Origin: an uncultured Candidatus Saccharibacteria bacterium
Lineage (GTDB): Bacteria > Patescibacteriota > Minisyncoccia > Phycocordibacterales > PALSA-1337
Length of the DNA: 64,000 bases
Reading direction: 5' to 3'
NCBI GenBank assembly: GCA_964561875.1
Contig: CAZLQL010000002.1
Location: 23,613 to 87,612 of the forward strand
Under the pieces are notes generated by a model, which saw only the letters and a list, made by a program, of their open reading frames with translations, had not been told where the DNA came from and did not search any database. The position numbers and the translations under genes are program-made. Numbering within the stretch: the first letter of the stretch is position 1; every line of letters begins with the position of its first letter. Shown piece by piece: positions 29,446 through 37,321 of this stretch.

Positions 29446-30313
29446 ACTTTTTTATCCAAGTTCTGATTTCTGGCAGGTGATGCAGGTGGGTGACAAGTGT
29501 GCAGTAAGGATCGTGAGTTATTTTTCGAATGAGTACAGGGTCAAATTCCTCGATCGTTTCTCCTACGTGCAGGAAGCACAATCCAAGTTGTTTCGATAGA
29601 CCGAGCGGGGCTATCAGGTCCCAAGGTGTCTCGAAGTGTGGTCTAACAATCACTGCTCCAACTTCACCCTTCCAGACCTTGGCAAATACCGCTCCGATAC
29701 TTCCAGCAGCTACCTCAGCGTTCTTGAAGAGACCGCTATCAGTTAGGTCTACCATTCTCTGGACAATCTCTGGGTATGCAGTAGGTAGATCCTTGAGAAC
29801 AACATATTGTTTCTTGAGTGGTCGCTTTATATCCGGCTTGAGTAAAAGTCTCTTACCGAAACGAAGTCGAGTCCCCACATCTCTAGTTCCTTTAGCGAAA
29901 CCATAGATTTCTTCGGTATTGATATCTCCAATGTAAGTTGCAATCACTTTGCCATCACAGACGAGGCCCAACATAGTGGTAACTCCTTGCGAGGTATTGA
30001 GTGCGTAGGATTTGGTTCCATCGACCGGGTCGACAGTAAACCAGATATCGTGTTTGCTGTCAGTGCAAGGAATATCCAATTCCTTTTCCTCAGCAATGAT
30101 ACCGAAAGTAGGGAAGCGTTTTCGAAGTTCCCGGATATACATCTGTTGAGCTTTGAGATCACCACTGGTGACCACATCCTCTTTGATGCCATCGTAGGCC
30201 CTCTTGTCGTGGATAACTGTTTTGTGCGATTCGGTACGGATGATAGCGATCGCTTTTCTGACGATGGCGATCATATCATTCCGAATTCGTCTCATATTTG
30301 GTATATTTTTCAT
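29429..30313 (-). CDS. inositol monophosphatase / CysQ family phosphatase, GC-rich
   Basis: WFTVDPVDGTKSY (DPxDGT) plus EE and WD motifs; 294 aa. Confidence 0.75.
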   Translation of the reverse strand: MKNIPNMRRIRNDMIAIVRKAIAIIRTESHKTVIHDKRAYDGIKEDVVTSGDLKAQQMYIRELRKRFPTFGIIAEEKELDIPCTDSKHDIWFTVDPVDGTKSYALNTSQGVTTMLGLVCDGKVIATYIGDINTEEIYGFAKGTRDVGTRLRFGKRLLLKPDIKRPLKKQYVVLKDLPTAYPEIVQRMVDLTDSGLFKNAEVAAGSIGAVFAKVWKGEVGAVIVRPHFETPWDLIAPLGLSKQLGLCFLHVGETIEEFDPVLIRKITHDPYCTLVTHLHHLPEIRTWIKKYGNKN

Positions 30314-30470
30314 TCAATGTCCTTTCTGTTTCTACTATATGTTACTATCTTTAAAATTGCTGTGTTTGTATAAAATCTTGTATAGGTTTACACTTATTTG
30401 TATAAGTTTATTGAAAAATATAGGTAAATATGGTAGATTAGTTGTATAAAATAATTACAACTTATTATAT

Positions 30471-31190
30471 ATGTCAAAACACATATTAGAAAAAATTGGT
30501 TTTCTGGGTCATGAAAAAGAAATCTATCTTGCTCTTTTAGGTGTTGGTTCGTCTTCAGTTTCTGAATTAGTTCGTAAAACAGGTATTCATCGTCCTACGG
30601 TTTACAAAACACTAGCACTTCTTATTGATAAGGGTCTTGTACGCATCATGCCAGTTGGGAAATATAAAAAATATGTTGCTGAGTCGCCAGAACATTTAGA
30701 AACAATTTTTAAAGAACTTGAAGCCGATTTTACTTCAGAGATATTTGATCTAAAGGATATGTATGAAAGTAGAGATAAAAAGCCACGAATTACTTTTGTA
30801 GAAGGGTCAAAGGGTATTACTCAAGTCTTTTCTGATGTGGTTCATCGTCTCAAAAAAGGTGAAATGTACTTACGATATTCTTCACAAAAGGAATTGGATG
30901 TAAAAACATTTGTACCAAAGGACTATCGAGAGGTGAGAGATCGAAAAGGACTTGAACGCCTTATCATTACCAATGAACCGACCAAGAAACGTCATAGTAA
31001 AAAATTAGGTAGGGAAATCAAAGTTATTCCTCCTGATTTTGATTTGTTTGAATACAATATTTCACAGATTATTTATGCTGATAGAGTAGCTTTTATTGAT
31101 TACAATACAAAAACGTCAATCACCATAGAAAATCCTATTTTTGCTGAATTTCAAAGAAAGATTTTTAAGTTGTTATTCAAGAAGCTTTAA
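30471..31190 (+). CDS. TrmB-like HTH transcriptional regulator
   Basis: N-terminal EKEIYLALLGVGSSSVSELVRKTGIHRPTVYKTLALLIDKGLV is winged-helix TrmB-like. Confidence 0.6.
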   Translation: MSKHILEKIGFLGHEKEIYLALLGVGSSSVSELVRKTGIHRPTVYKTLALLIDKGLVRIMPVGKYKKYVAESPEHLETIFKELEADFTSEIFDLKDMYESRDKKPRITFVEGSKGITQVFSDVVHRLKKGEMYLRYSSQKELDVKTFVPKDYREVRDRKGLERLIITNEPTKKRHSKKLGREIKVIPPDFDLFEYNISQIIYADRVAFIDYNTKTSITIENPIFAEFQRKIFKLLFKKL

Positions 31191-31195
31191 AATGA

Positions 31196-31221
31196 GTCAA
31201 AACAAAACAAATCTTGCGAGT
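31196..31221. repeat. hairpin repeat family, copy 1 (gtcaaaacaaaac...tcttgcgagt...tgtttg)
   Basis: Shares an exact 14-nt block and an exact 10-nt block with 32648-32690. Forms a stem-loop with a TTGCGAG loop. Confidence 0.55.
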
Positions 31222-31243
31222 TGTTTGTTCATAGAGGTAAGTA
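31222..31243. repeat. 22-bp direct repeat, right copy
   Basis: Exact copy of 28846-28867. In the giant gene's frame it would read ...IEVSNVRWL*. Confidence 0.85.
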
Positions 31244-31326
31244 ATGTGAGGTGGTTATAAAGTAATAACATTACAAATTATTTATCGATAAATTGATAAT
31301 AATTTATTATGTGATAAACTTTTTTT

Positions 31327-32019
31327 ATGTTTGATAATCCTACTTCTATTAGATATTTAGACGATAATACTATAAACCAGAGTACTAATAATGACTCGAT
31401 AAGAGCAAAATCCGCAGTTTTTGCAAGAAAAAGAAAAGTTGTATCGTATTATTTCGGTACACCTTTGCAGTCTGCTACTCACATAGCAGATGCTAATTTG
31501 GATCAATTTATAACAATACAAGGTGATAAAATTAATTATTTACAACCACCACGTCCAATAGTAAAAGGAGGTCTGAATGTTTCTTTTGGCCTAGGAGGGA
31601 ATTCACCACGTCATGCATGGAAGATTCCTTCAGTAATTTACGTTACCAAGAAATACATACTTATAACCCCATCAGAAGAACAGCTAAATGCTTCAAAGTT
31701 TATATACGGTATTAGTATTGCTATGACTTTCTTATTCCTACTATTAACAATACCTTTCACGTTTATTTTCGGTCCTATTTTCCTCATATTTTCTCTTTTA
31801 TGTATATCGTTACCTATCATCAAATCCTACCTCTTCTTTTTTAAGAAAAGTTACATATCTGTAGCCCCTATTGAAGTAATAAAAAATATAAATGTAGATG
31901 AAAAGACGATTACTGTTGATGGATTTTTTAATACTGGAATTCCATCATTCTTAAAATACAAAGTATCTGCTGAATTATACGTAGGAGACAATATTTCTTT
32001 TTTTAGAGACAATATTTAA
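31327..32019 (+). CDS. hypothetical membrane protein
   Basis: Two TM helices; AT-rich and native-like. Confidence 0.4.
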   Translation: MFDNPTSIRYLDDNTINQSTNNDSIRAKSAVFARKRKVVSYYFGTPLQSATHIADANLDQFITIQGDKINYLQPPRPIVKGGLNVSFGLGGNSPRHAWKIPSVIYVTKKYILITPSEEQLNASKFIYGISIAMTFLFLLLTIPFTFIFGPIFLIFSLLCISLPIIKSYLFFFKKSYISVAPIEVIKNINVDEKTITVDGFFNTGIPSFLKYKVSAELYVGDNISFFRDNI

Positions 32020-32202
32020 ATTAATAGCTTCCGGTACAGTAGCTATTGACATATAGATTTTACTATGATATATCCATAAAGTAAGGTAAGTTCTTTGAAA
32101 GGTGTGTAGTTGAGTACGGAATAAGGGAAATAATTGACTTGCTGGCAATCGCTATGCGGATTAAATTCCTTTACTGTACTCAATACAAGAGAGAAACACA
32201 TC

Positions 32203-32436
32203 ATGAAAAAATTCGAAAAAAAATTGAAGGACGCCCTTAAGAAAATTGAGGGCAAGTCAGTCAGTCTTAGTGGCTCGAGCAACTGCATTCGCATTGTGCT
32301 CAAAGGTGGCAAAGAATACTGGGGAACGGTGAAAGAAGTCTGCAGTGACTCGTTCACGGTCTCGGTCTCGTATACGGGTGGCGGTCGTGAAAACATCGTC
32401 GTGCGTATGAGGGAAGTTGCTTCTTTCAGCGAGTGA
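32203..32436 (+). CDS. small GC-rich hypothetical protein (77 aa)
   Basis: MKKFEKKLKD... reads as a coherent ORF. GC is much higher than the flanks. It is followed by a hairpin terminator. The antisense ORF 32043-32462 is judged spurious. Confidence 0.4.
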   Translation: MKKFEKKLKDALKKIEGKSVSLSGSSNCIRIVLKGGKEYWGTVKEVCSDSFTVSVSYTGGGRENIVVRMREVASFSE

Positions 32437-32460
32437 ACCCTAAAATCCAAAATCCTTAAC

Positions 32461-32495
32461 ACACCGCATGGTTAGCCCAGCGGTGTTTACTTTTG
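32461..32495 (+). terminator. hairpin terminator, second copy of the hairpin family seen at 13866-13892
   Basis: acaccgcatggttagcccagcggtgt followed by ttacttttgc. Confidence 0.5.
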
Positions 32496-32647
32496 CTTAA
32501 ATATTCAAGTCTTTTGATATAATTTACTTTTATAGAATAGTTTTAAATAATGGCGAGAAAAACGTTGTAGTGGAAGACACTCTGGTGAATATCAAGGGTG
32601 CTTATACAGACATTTTACGACTTTCAACTCCCCAAATAGCTTCATCA

Positions 32648-32690
32648 GTCAAAACAAAACCACTCTTGCGAGTGGTCTGTTTTGTCTGTG
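32648..32690. repeat. hairpin repeat family, copy 2
   Basis: gtcaaaacaaaaccactcttgcgagtggtctgttttg forms a ~15-bp stem; related to 31196-31221. Confidence 0.55.
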
Positions 32691-32941
32691 GACACATACC
32701 GAAATACATCGAACCGCCTAAAAGACTATCTTTCTCGGTTCTGGCACTACTATCAAACTAGCCCTGATTTGCAAAAAGTCCTTGCAACAGCATGATAATC
32801 CAGTCCTGAAGTGGTCACAATAAGGGTATTGAATTCTTGTATTGCATTTCTGTACTGGCGCGTAATTTTTTTAAAAACAGATTATCCTGTAATTACATAC
32901 AAAAACGGTGAGTGATATTTTTATTGTTCACTTTATATTAG

Positions 32942-32970
32942 TTGACATAAAACTTTGCTGGATTTAGACT
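32942..32970 (+). promoter_or_regulatory. sigma70-like promoter TTGACA-N17-TAGACT upstream of the GHKL ATPase gene
   Basis: ttgacataaaactttgctggatttagact. A 10-bp palindrome tcgatatcga (33007-33016) and a hairpin (33054-33075) lie in the 5' leader. Confidence 0.4.
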
Positions 32971-33086
32971 ATTAGAGTCCTTGGTGAAGTATTGGTATCG
33001 CTAGTCGATATCGATCACAGACACTAATACAAATCTCTAATTGTATTTTATCTGCAAAACACCTCGCCAAGGGTGTTTATTAGTTT

Positions 33087-34631
33087 TTGGTATCTAGTTG
33101 GATATCGAAAATAGCAAAAATTATTATGTTTATAAAAAATCACCCTAACGCAGCAAAACTCCTCTCCTCGTTGCGTAATACGGGATATGACAGCTATGCT
33201 GCTGTTGAGGACATTATTGATAATTCTATCGACGCTGATGCTCGAAGAATTAAGATCGGTATTAGTATTGTCGGAAAAGAGCCCCGCGTTACAATTGCTG
33301 ACGATGGATCAGGAATGACGAAAGAAATTCTTGATGAGGCTTTGAAGTTGGGATCAGAAACAGAAAAAGATGAGATGTCTGATCTTGGTAAATATGGCAT
33401 GGGTCTTTGTACTGCCTCAATCTCGATGGCGAAAAGACTTAAGGTTATTACTCGAAAAGTAGATGGTGGATATTGGTCAAGTGTCCAAGATCTCGATGAA
33501 GTCGTGAAAGCAAACGATTTTATTAAGGAGTTGCAAGAATCAGACAATGATGACATTGCTCTCTTTAAAGAATTGGTAGAGAGCGATCATGGAACCCTTG
33601 TTATCTTGAGCAAAATTGATCGCCTGTCAAACACAAATGTTTCTATTTTTGCGACTACTCTTTCAAAAGAAATCGGTCGTATATACAGAAAATTCATTGC
33701 AGCCGGTATTGAGTTCAGAGTAAATGATAAGAAGGTTGAAGGCATTGATCCCCTAATGCTTGATGTTGAAGGTACACAGGTTTATTCTGACGAAGAATAT
33801 GAGGTGCCATCACACAAAGGAAAAGAAAAGGTTAATGTGCGAGTTGTGTTTCTGCCAAGTGTAAATGAACAGCTTGAAAAGGAGTATAAAATGAATATCT
33901 CATCTCAAGGGTTCTATATACTAAGAAATAATCGTGAGATCGCTAATGGAGTTACACTTGATGTTTTTAAGAAGCACAACGATCTTAATAGATTACGTAT
34001 CGAGCTTTCTTTCACTTCAAATCTCGATAATGAGATGGGTGTTCGTTTCACAAAAGATGGCGTATCTCCTAATCAGGCCATAAGCGATTTCCTTAAACAA
34101 GAAATCGGTGGCCAGATTGAATCAATTAGAAAAACCGTTGTAAAAAGTCGTGTGACCGACAAATCAAAAGAAATAAACCACGAGGAGTCTGCTGCAGTTA
34201 TTGCGAAGAAATCTAAATTACTCATTACTCCAGACGCAATAATTGAACGTCGATCACCAAAAATAAATAAAAATAACAAGAAAGAAAAAACGGAAAAAGA
34301 CGAAACTCGTGATCGAGTACCAAAGGAGACAAGGATTTCTTCAAGTGGCTTAGGGGCAAGGTTCGAAACCCTTTCTATGGGAAGAGAAGGTGCTCTATAT
34401 GATTGTTATCAGGAAGGTAAGGTTGTTGTGATTCAATGGAATGTAGATCACCCATTTTACGAGAAAATCGTACTCGCGAATAAAGATCGAAAAGATTTGA
34501 CGGCGGGCATAGATTTCTTGATATATGCACTTGCTTCAGCGGAGTTGAAAACAACAAATGATGATAATGTAAAAATTATTAGCCAGATAAAAACAATAAT
34601 GTCCGGAAATCTAAAATCATTACTATCTTAA
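33087..34631 (+). CDS. GHKL-superfamily (HATPase_c_3-like) ATPase, 514 aa
   Basis: N-box EDIIDNSIDA, G1 DDGSGM and G2 GKYGMGL motifs. The C-terminal 300 aa are of unknown function. Confidence 0.75.
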   Translation: MVSSWISKIAKIIMFIKNHPNAAKLLSSLRNTGYDSYAAVEDIIDNSIDADARRIKIGISIVGKEPRVTIADDGSGMTKEILDEALKLGSETEKDEMSDLGKYGMGLCTASISMAKRLKVITRKVDGGYWSSVQDLDEVVKANDFIKELQESDNDDIALFKELVESDHGTLVILSKIDRLSNTNVSIFATTLSKEIGRIYRKFIAAGIEFRVNDKKVEGIDPLMLDVEGTQVYSDEEYEVPSHKGKEKVNVRVVFLPSVNEQLEKEYKMNISSQGFYILRNNREIANGVTLDVFKKHNDLNRLRIELSFTSNLDNEMGVRFTKDGVSPNQAISDFLKQEIGGQIESIRKTVVKSRVTDKSKEINHEESAAVIAKKSKLLITPDAIIERRSPKINKNNKKEKTEKDETRDRVPKETRISSSGLGARFETLSMGREGALYDCYQEGKVVVIQWNVDHPFYEKIVLANKDRKDLTAGIDFLIYALASAELKTTNDDNVKIISQIKTIMSGNLKSLLS

Positions 34632-34689
34632 TAGTCGGTGTGAATTAGAGATTAAAAGACCGCTAGTTATCTAGTGGTTTTTTTAATAC

Positions 34690-35211
34690 ATGATTGAGTT
34701 TGTTGAAACGTCTCATGTTGTGTATAATATACATAACATGGCTACACAATCTAAAAATTTGTATAAGGCCGAAGACGTAGCAAAATATTTTATCTATCTA
34801 GGATCACAACAGGTTGTCGGCGACAACAAAGAAAGAGAGGGAGTAACAAATCTTAAACTCCAGAAGATACTTTATCTTGCTCAAGCGTATTTTCTTGCAA
34901 AAATTGGCAAGCCTCTTTTTGTTGATCCTATCGAAGCATGGGAGTTCGGTCCAGTTGTCCCAAATGTTTACCACAAGTTGAAGAGATATGGTAGTAACCC
35001 TATTATCGTCGAAAAAGATGAAAGCTCTGTGTTACCAGAAGATAAAGAAATTTTAGGTAAAGTTTGGGAAGCTTTTGGTGGCTATTCAGCTAGTCGTCTG
35101 GTTGATATTACTCACGCGCATACGCCTTGGAAAGAGGCTTATAATTCTTCGAATAAAGAAATTAGTAACAAAGCTATCGGTGAATATTATACGCCTTTGC
35201 TAAATAAATAA
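34690..35211 (+). CDS. Panacea (DUF4065, SocA-like) antitoxin-domain protein
   Basis: KLQKILYLAQAYFLAKIGKPLF...AWEFGPVVPNVY is the hallmark of this domain. Confidence 0.7.
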   Translation: MIEFVETSHVVYNIHNMATQSKNLYKAEDVAKYFIYLGSQQVVGDNKEREGVTNLKLQKILYLAQAYFLAKIGKPLFVDPIEAWEFGPVVPNVYHKLKRYGSNPIIVEKDESSVLPEDKEILGKVWEAFGGYSASRLVDITHAHTPWKEAYNSSNKEISNKAIGEYYTPLLNK

Positions 35212-35235
35212 TCCCTTGTATCGGTAAATACGGCC

Positions 35236-35637
35236 ATGGAAGAGATGATTACGCCTAGCAAGATAGATCTTAGATACGCTGAACACAAAGTCTTGTTTTT
35301 AATCTGCGACTGTTCTCTGGATAAACATTATTCATTTTGGAAACTCACGAGAGAACAAGCTGAAAAGTTTATTAAAAAACTTAGATACGTTGAGCAATTA
35401 ACGTGGTCTCAATTTTCAAATTTACCAAGAGATAGTACTGGTCCAACAGTAGAAAAGCAGAATACCGATAGTTTTAATATGATACATAATCAAAATACAT
35501 CAGCGGAAAAAATTGCTGAACAGTATTATTTTCATTTTCGAATTGAACCGAGAGGACTTTTTAGGGTTTTTGGATATCAGAAGAAACAATACTTTTGCAT
35601 AACCCATATTGATTACGAAGGAAGAATTCATCATTAA
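35236..35637 (+). CDS. small protein, candidate RelE/ParE-like toxin
   Basis: The C-terminus FRVFGYQKKQYFCITHIDYEGRIHH resembles the RelE/ParE C-terminal beta strands. It sits directly downstream of the Panacea-domain gene. Confidence 0.3.
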   Translation: MEEMITPSKIDLRYAEHKVLFLICDCSLDKHYSFWKLTREQAEKFIKKLRYVEQLTWSQFSNLPRDSTGPTVEKQNTDSFNMIHNQNTSAEKIAEQYYFHFRIEPRGLFRVFGYQKKQYFCITHIDYEGRIHH

Positions 35638-35711
35638 AAAATACACTGCGAATTCATATTTACAGAGAGATTAGAATATGTAGATAAAGAAGGTTGTCGA
35701 AGTAATAAAAA

Positions 35712-35738
35712 ACACCAGCAAAAGCTGGTATTTTTTTA
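35712..35738 (+). terminator. rho-independent terminator (accagcaaaagctggt plus T7)
   Basis: Perfect 6-bp stem, 4-nt loop and a T tract after the three-gene module. Confidence 0.7.
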
Positions 35739-35871
35739 TTACTGTGGAGATAGTCACGCAAAGTTGGAACCAACTCTATTCTTGGTTTTTTGAATCGTCT
35801 GGGCGATTATAGAAAGTAGGGAACATTGCGTATAAAAGAGAACTCCACAATAAGCAGAGCCTCTTGCGGAG

Positions 35872-36336
35872 TTATTGACCAAGATTTTTGATTCGTTCCA
35901 AGGTTTCGCGTCGTTCAATAGCTTGTCTCGTGATTTTCTGAACTACGTAAACGCATTTCCTCAGGTCAGCTTCACCCTCAGGGGTCGAACAAAGCCTCCG
36001 ATGAAGAACGTCTTTGGGAATTAGAAACGTTATATATTCCGCTAGGTCAGAAAGTGTTGCGTCTGATAAATTACGCAGCTCTTCCACCGTAAACCCTACA
36101 TCGCAGAATTCTTGCGAATCTTTTGCGACTTGAACCAGAAGCTCTTGATAGAGCTCCATTAGGTTTTCCTTCTGCCATGTTTCTAACTGATCCCAATCAT
36201 CAATATTGTCTCGATAGAGAGCAGTGACATCAGGAAGGAGGGTTGGAATGGACGCGATCTTTTTGAGCCCTATAAGCCAAGCCCTAACTTCTTCTTTGGT
36301 TTGCATGTTTAAAACCTTTGGTTGGATTTTTACCAA
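35872..36336 (-). CDS. GC-rich hypothetical protein adjacent to the ssrA 3' end
   Basis: 154-aa ORF with much higher GC than the genome background. Confidence 0.4.
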   Translation of the reverse strand: MVKIQPKVLNMQTKEEVRAWLIGLKKIASIPTLLPDVTALYRDNIDDWDQLETWQKENLMELYQELLVQVAKDSQEFCDVGFTVEELRNLSDATLSDLAEYITFLIPKDVLHRRLCSTPEGEADLRKCVYVVQKITRQAIERRETLERIKNLGQ

Positions 36337-36389
36337 AAAAAGCTGCTATTAAATATGATATCATATCTAGTAATAAATGTCAAATCTGT

Positions 36390-36787
36390 GGAGATGCTGG
36401 GAGTTGAACCCAGGTGCAGATGAAATCTTATACTGATTCTACATTGTATAGAATGCTTTTGCGTCTATCTATCGACAGACTATTTAACCTTTATACTTTA
36501 AAGCAAACAAAATATATAAAAGCGATTCCCAAGAGATTTGAACTATAAACAGGGAAGAGAATATAGTTCTAGTTTAATTTATATCAATCCACCACTTCTC
36601 TAAACAAAGGAGTGACGACCGTCGCTCGAGCCTAAGCTAAAGCGAAAGCAAGATTTGTACTTCCAAAAGGAGATACAACTGCCTTTGCAACTGATTTTGC
36701 AGTTACGATTTCCGTCAGATTAAAGAGTTAACGGTGCTCTACAATGCACAATATGAAGTACCTCAACTGTCGAGGCCTTTCATCCCC
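36390..36787 (-). ncRNA. ssrA: tmRNA (transfer-messenger RNA)
   Basis: On the minus strand the 5' end reads GGGGATGAAAGGCCTCGAC and the 3' end reads CTGGGTTCAACTCCCAGCATCTCCA. The acceptor stem GGGGATG/CATCTCC pairs. The internal tag ORF ends ...GSTNLAFALA*. It lies next to smpB on the same strand. Confidence 0.7.
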
Positions 36788-36830
36788 ATATTAAAATTTT
36801 CAAACAACTAAAATGAAAAATAAAGTCTAA

Positions 36831-37277
36831 TTATAAAGAAAGTTCTCTTCGCATATCGCGATCTGAGTCTCTCTTTTTAATATCTTCTCTTTTATCAAAT
36901 TTCTTTTTTCCTTTGACAATAGCGATTTCTACCTTTATTTTTCCTGATTTATTATATATCAAAATAGGCACTATTGTCAATCCCTTCTTTTGTTCTACTC
37001 CTGCGAGTTGTGAAATCTGAGCCTTATTTAACAAGAGTTTTCTATGTCTTTTTGGATCATATTCGCCTGAGGTATTCTTTTCTTGAAAAGGAGGGATTTC
37101 ACTATTCATAAGAAAGGCTTCACCACCTCTAATAGTCACATATGAACCTAGTATTGAACCTTGTCTCTTTCGCAAGCTCTTTACTTCTGTACCTAGGAGT
37201 TCTATTCCAGCTTCAAAACCCTCGACTATGTCGTAGTTCATTTTTGCCTTTTTGTTTTCTATAAGCGTTTCATTCAT
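36831..37277 (-). CDS. smpB: SsrA-binding protein
   Basis: GTEVKSLR...GGEAFL...KRHRKLLLNK...KGKKKFDKRED. Confidence 0.9.
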   Translation of the reverse strand: MNETLIENKKAKMNYDIVEGFEAGIELLGTEVKSLRKRQGSILGSYVTIRGGEAFLMNSEIPPFQEKNTSGEYDPKRHRKLLLNKAQISQLAGVEQKKGLTIVPILIYNKSGKIKVEIAIVKGKKKFDKREDIKKRDSDRDMRRELSL

Positions 37278-37321
37278 ATTGAAAGTATAGCGTATTTTTC
37301 ACTTTTGGGTATAATCACTCT

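Noticed and set aside
28981-30313. GC-rich HAD-like + IMPase-family pair as a possible anti-phage nucleotide-depletion system
   Set aside because: No supporting partner is present: no nuclease, sensor or NTPase. Both folds are common housekeeping phosphatases. They are reported only as cargo of the 22-bp-repeat islet.
32043-32462. 139-aa minus-strand ORF
   Set aside because: It overlaps a more protein-like plus-strand 77-aa ORF that is followed by a terminator. The minus-strand product is Pro/Ser/Leu-rich low-complexity. The plus-strand gene is preferred.
32570-32761. 63-aa plus-strand ORF
   Set aside because: It spans the long hairpin repeat at 32648-32690 in an intergenic region. There is no start context and it is likely non-coding.
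36390-36420. Isolated tRNA 3' half (T-arm plus acceptor strand) on the minus strand, first read as a relic att site or tRNA pseudogene
   Set aside because: Extending the read upstream showed a complementary GGGGATG 5' end 398 nt away, a tag reading frame and an adjacent smpB. It is the tRNA-like domain of tmRNA, not a tRNA fragment.
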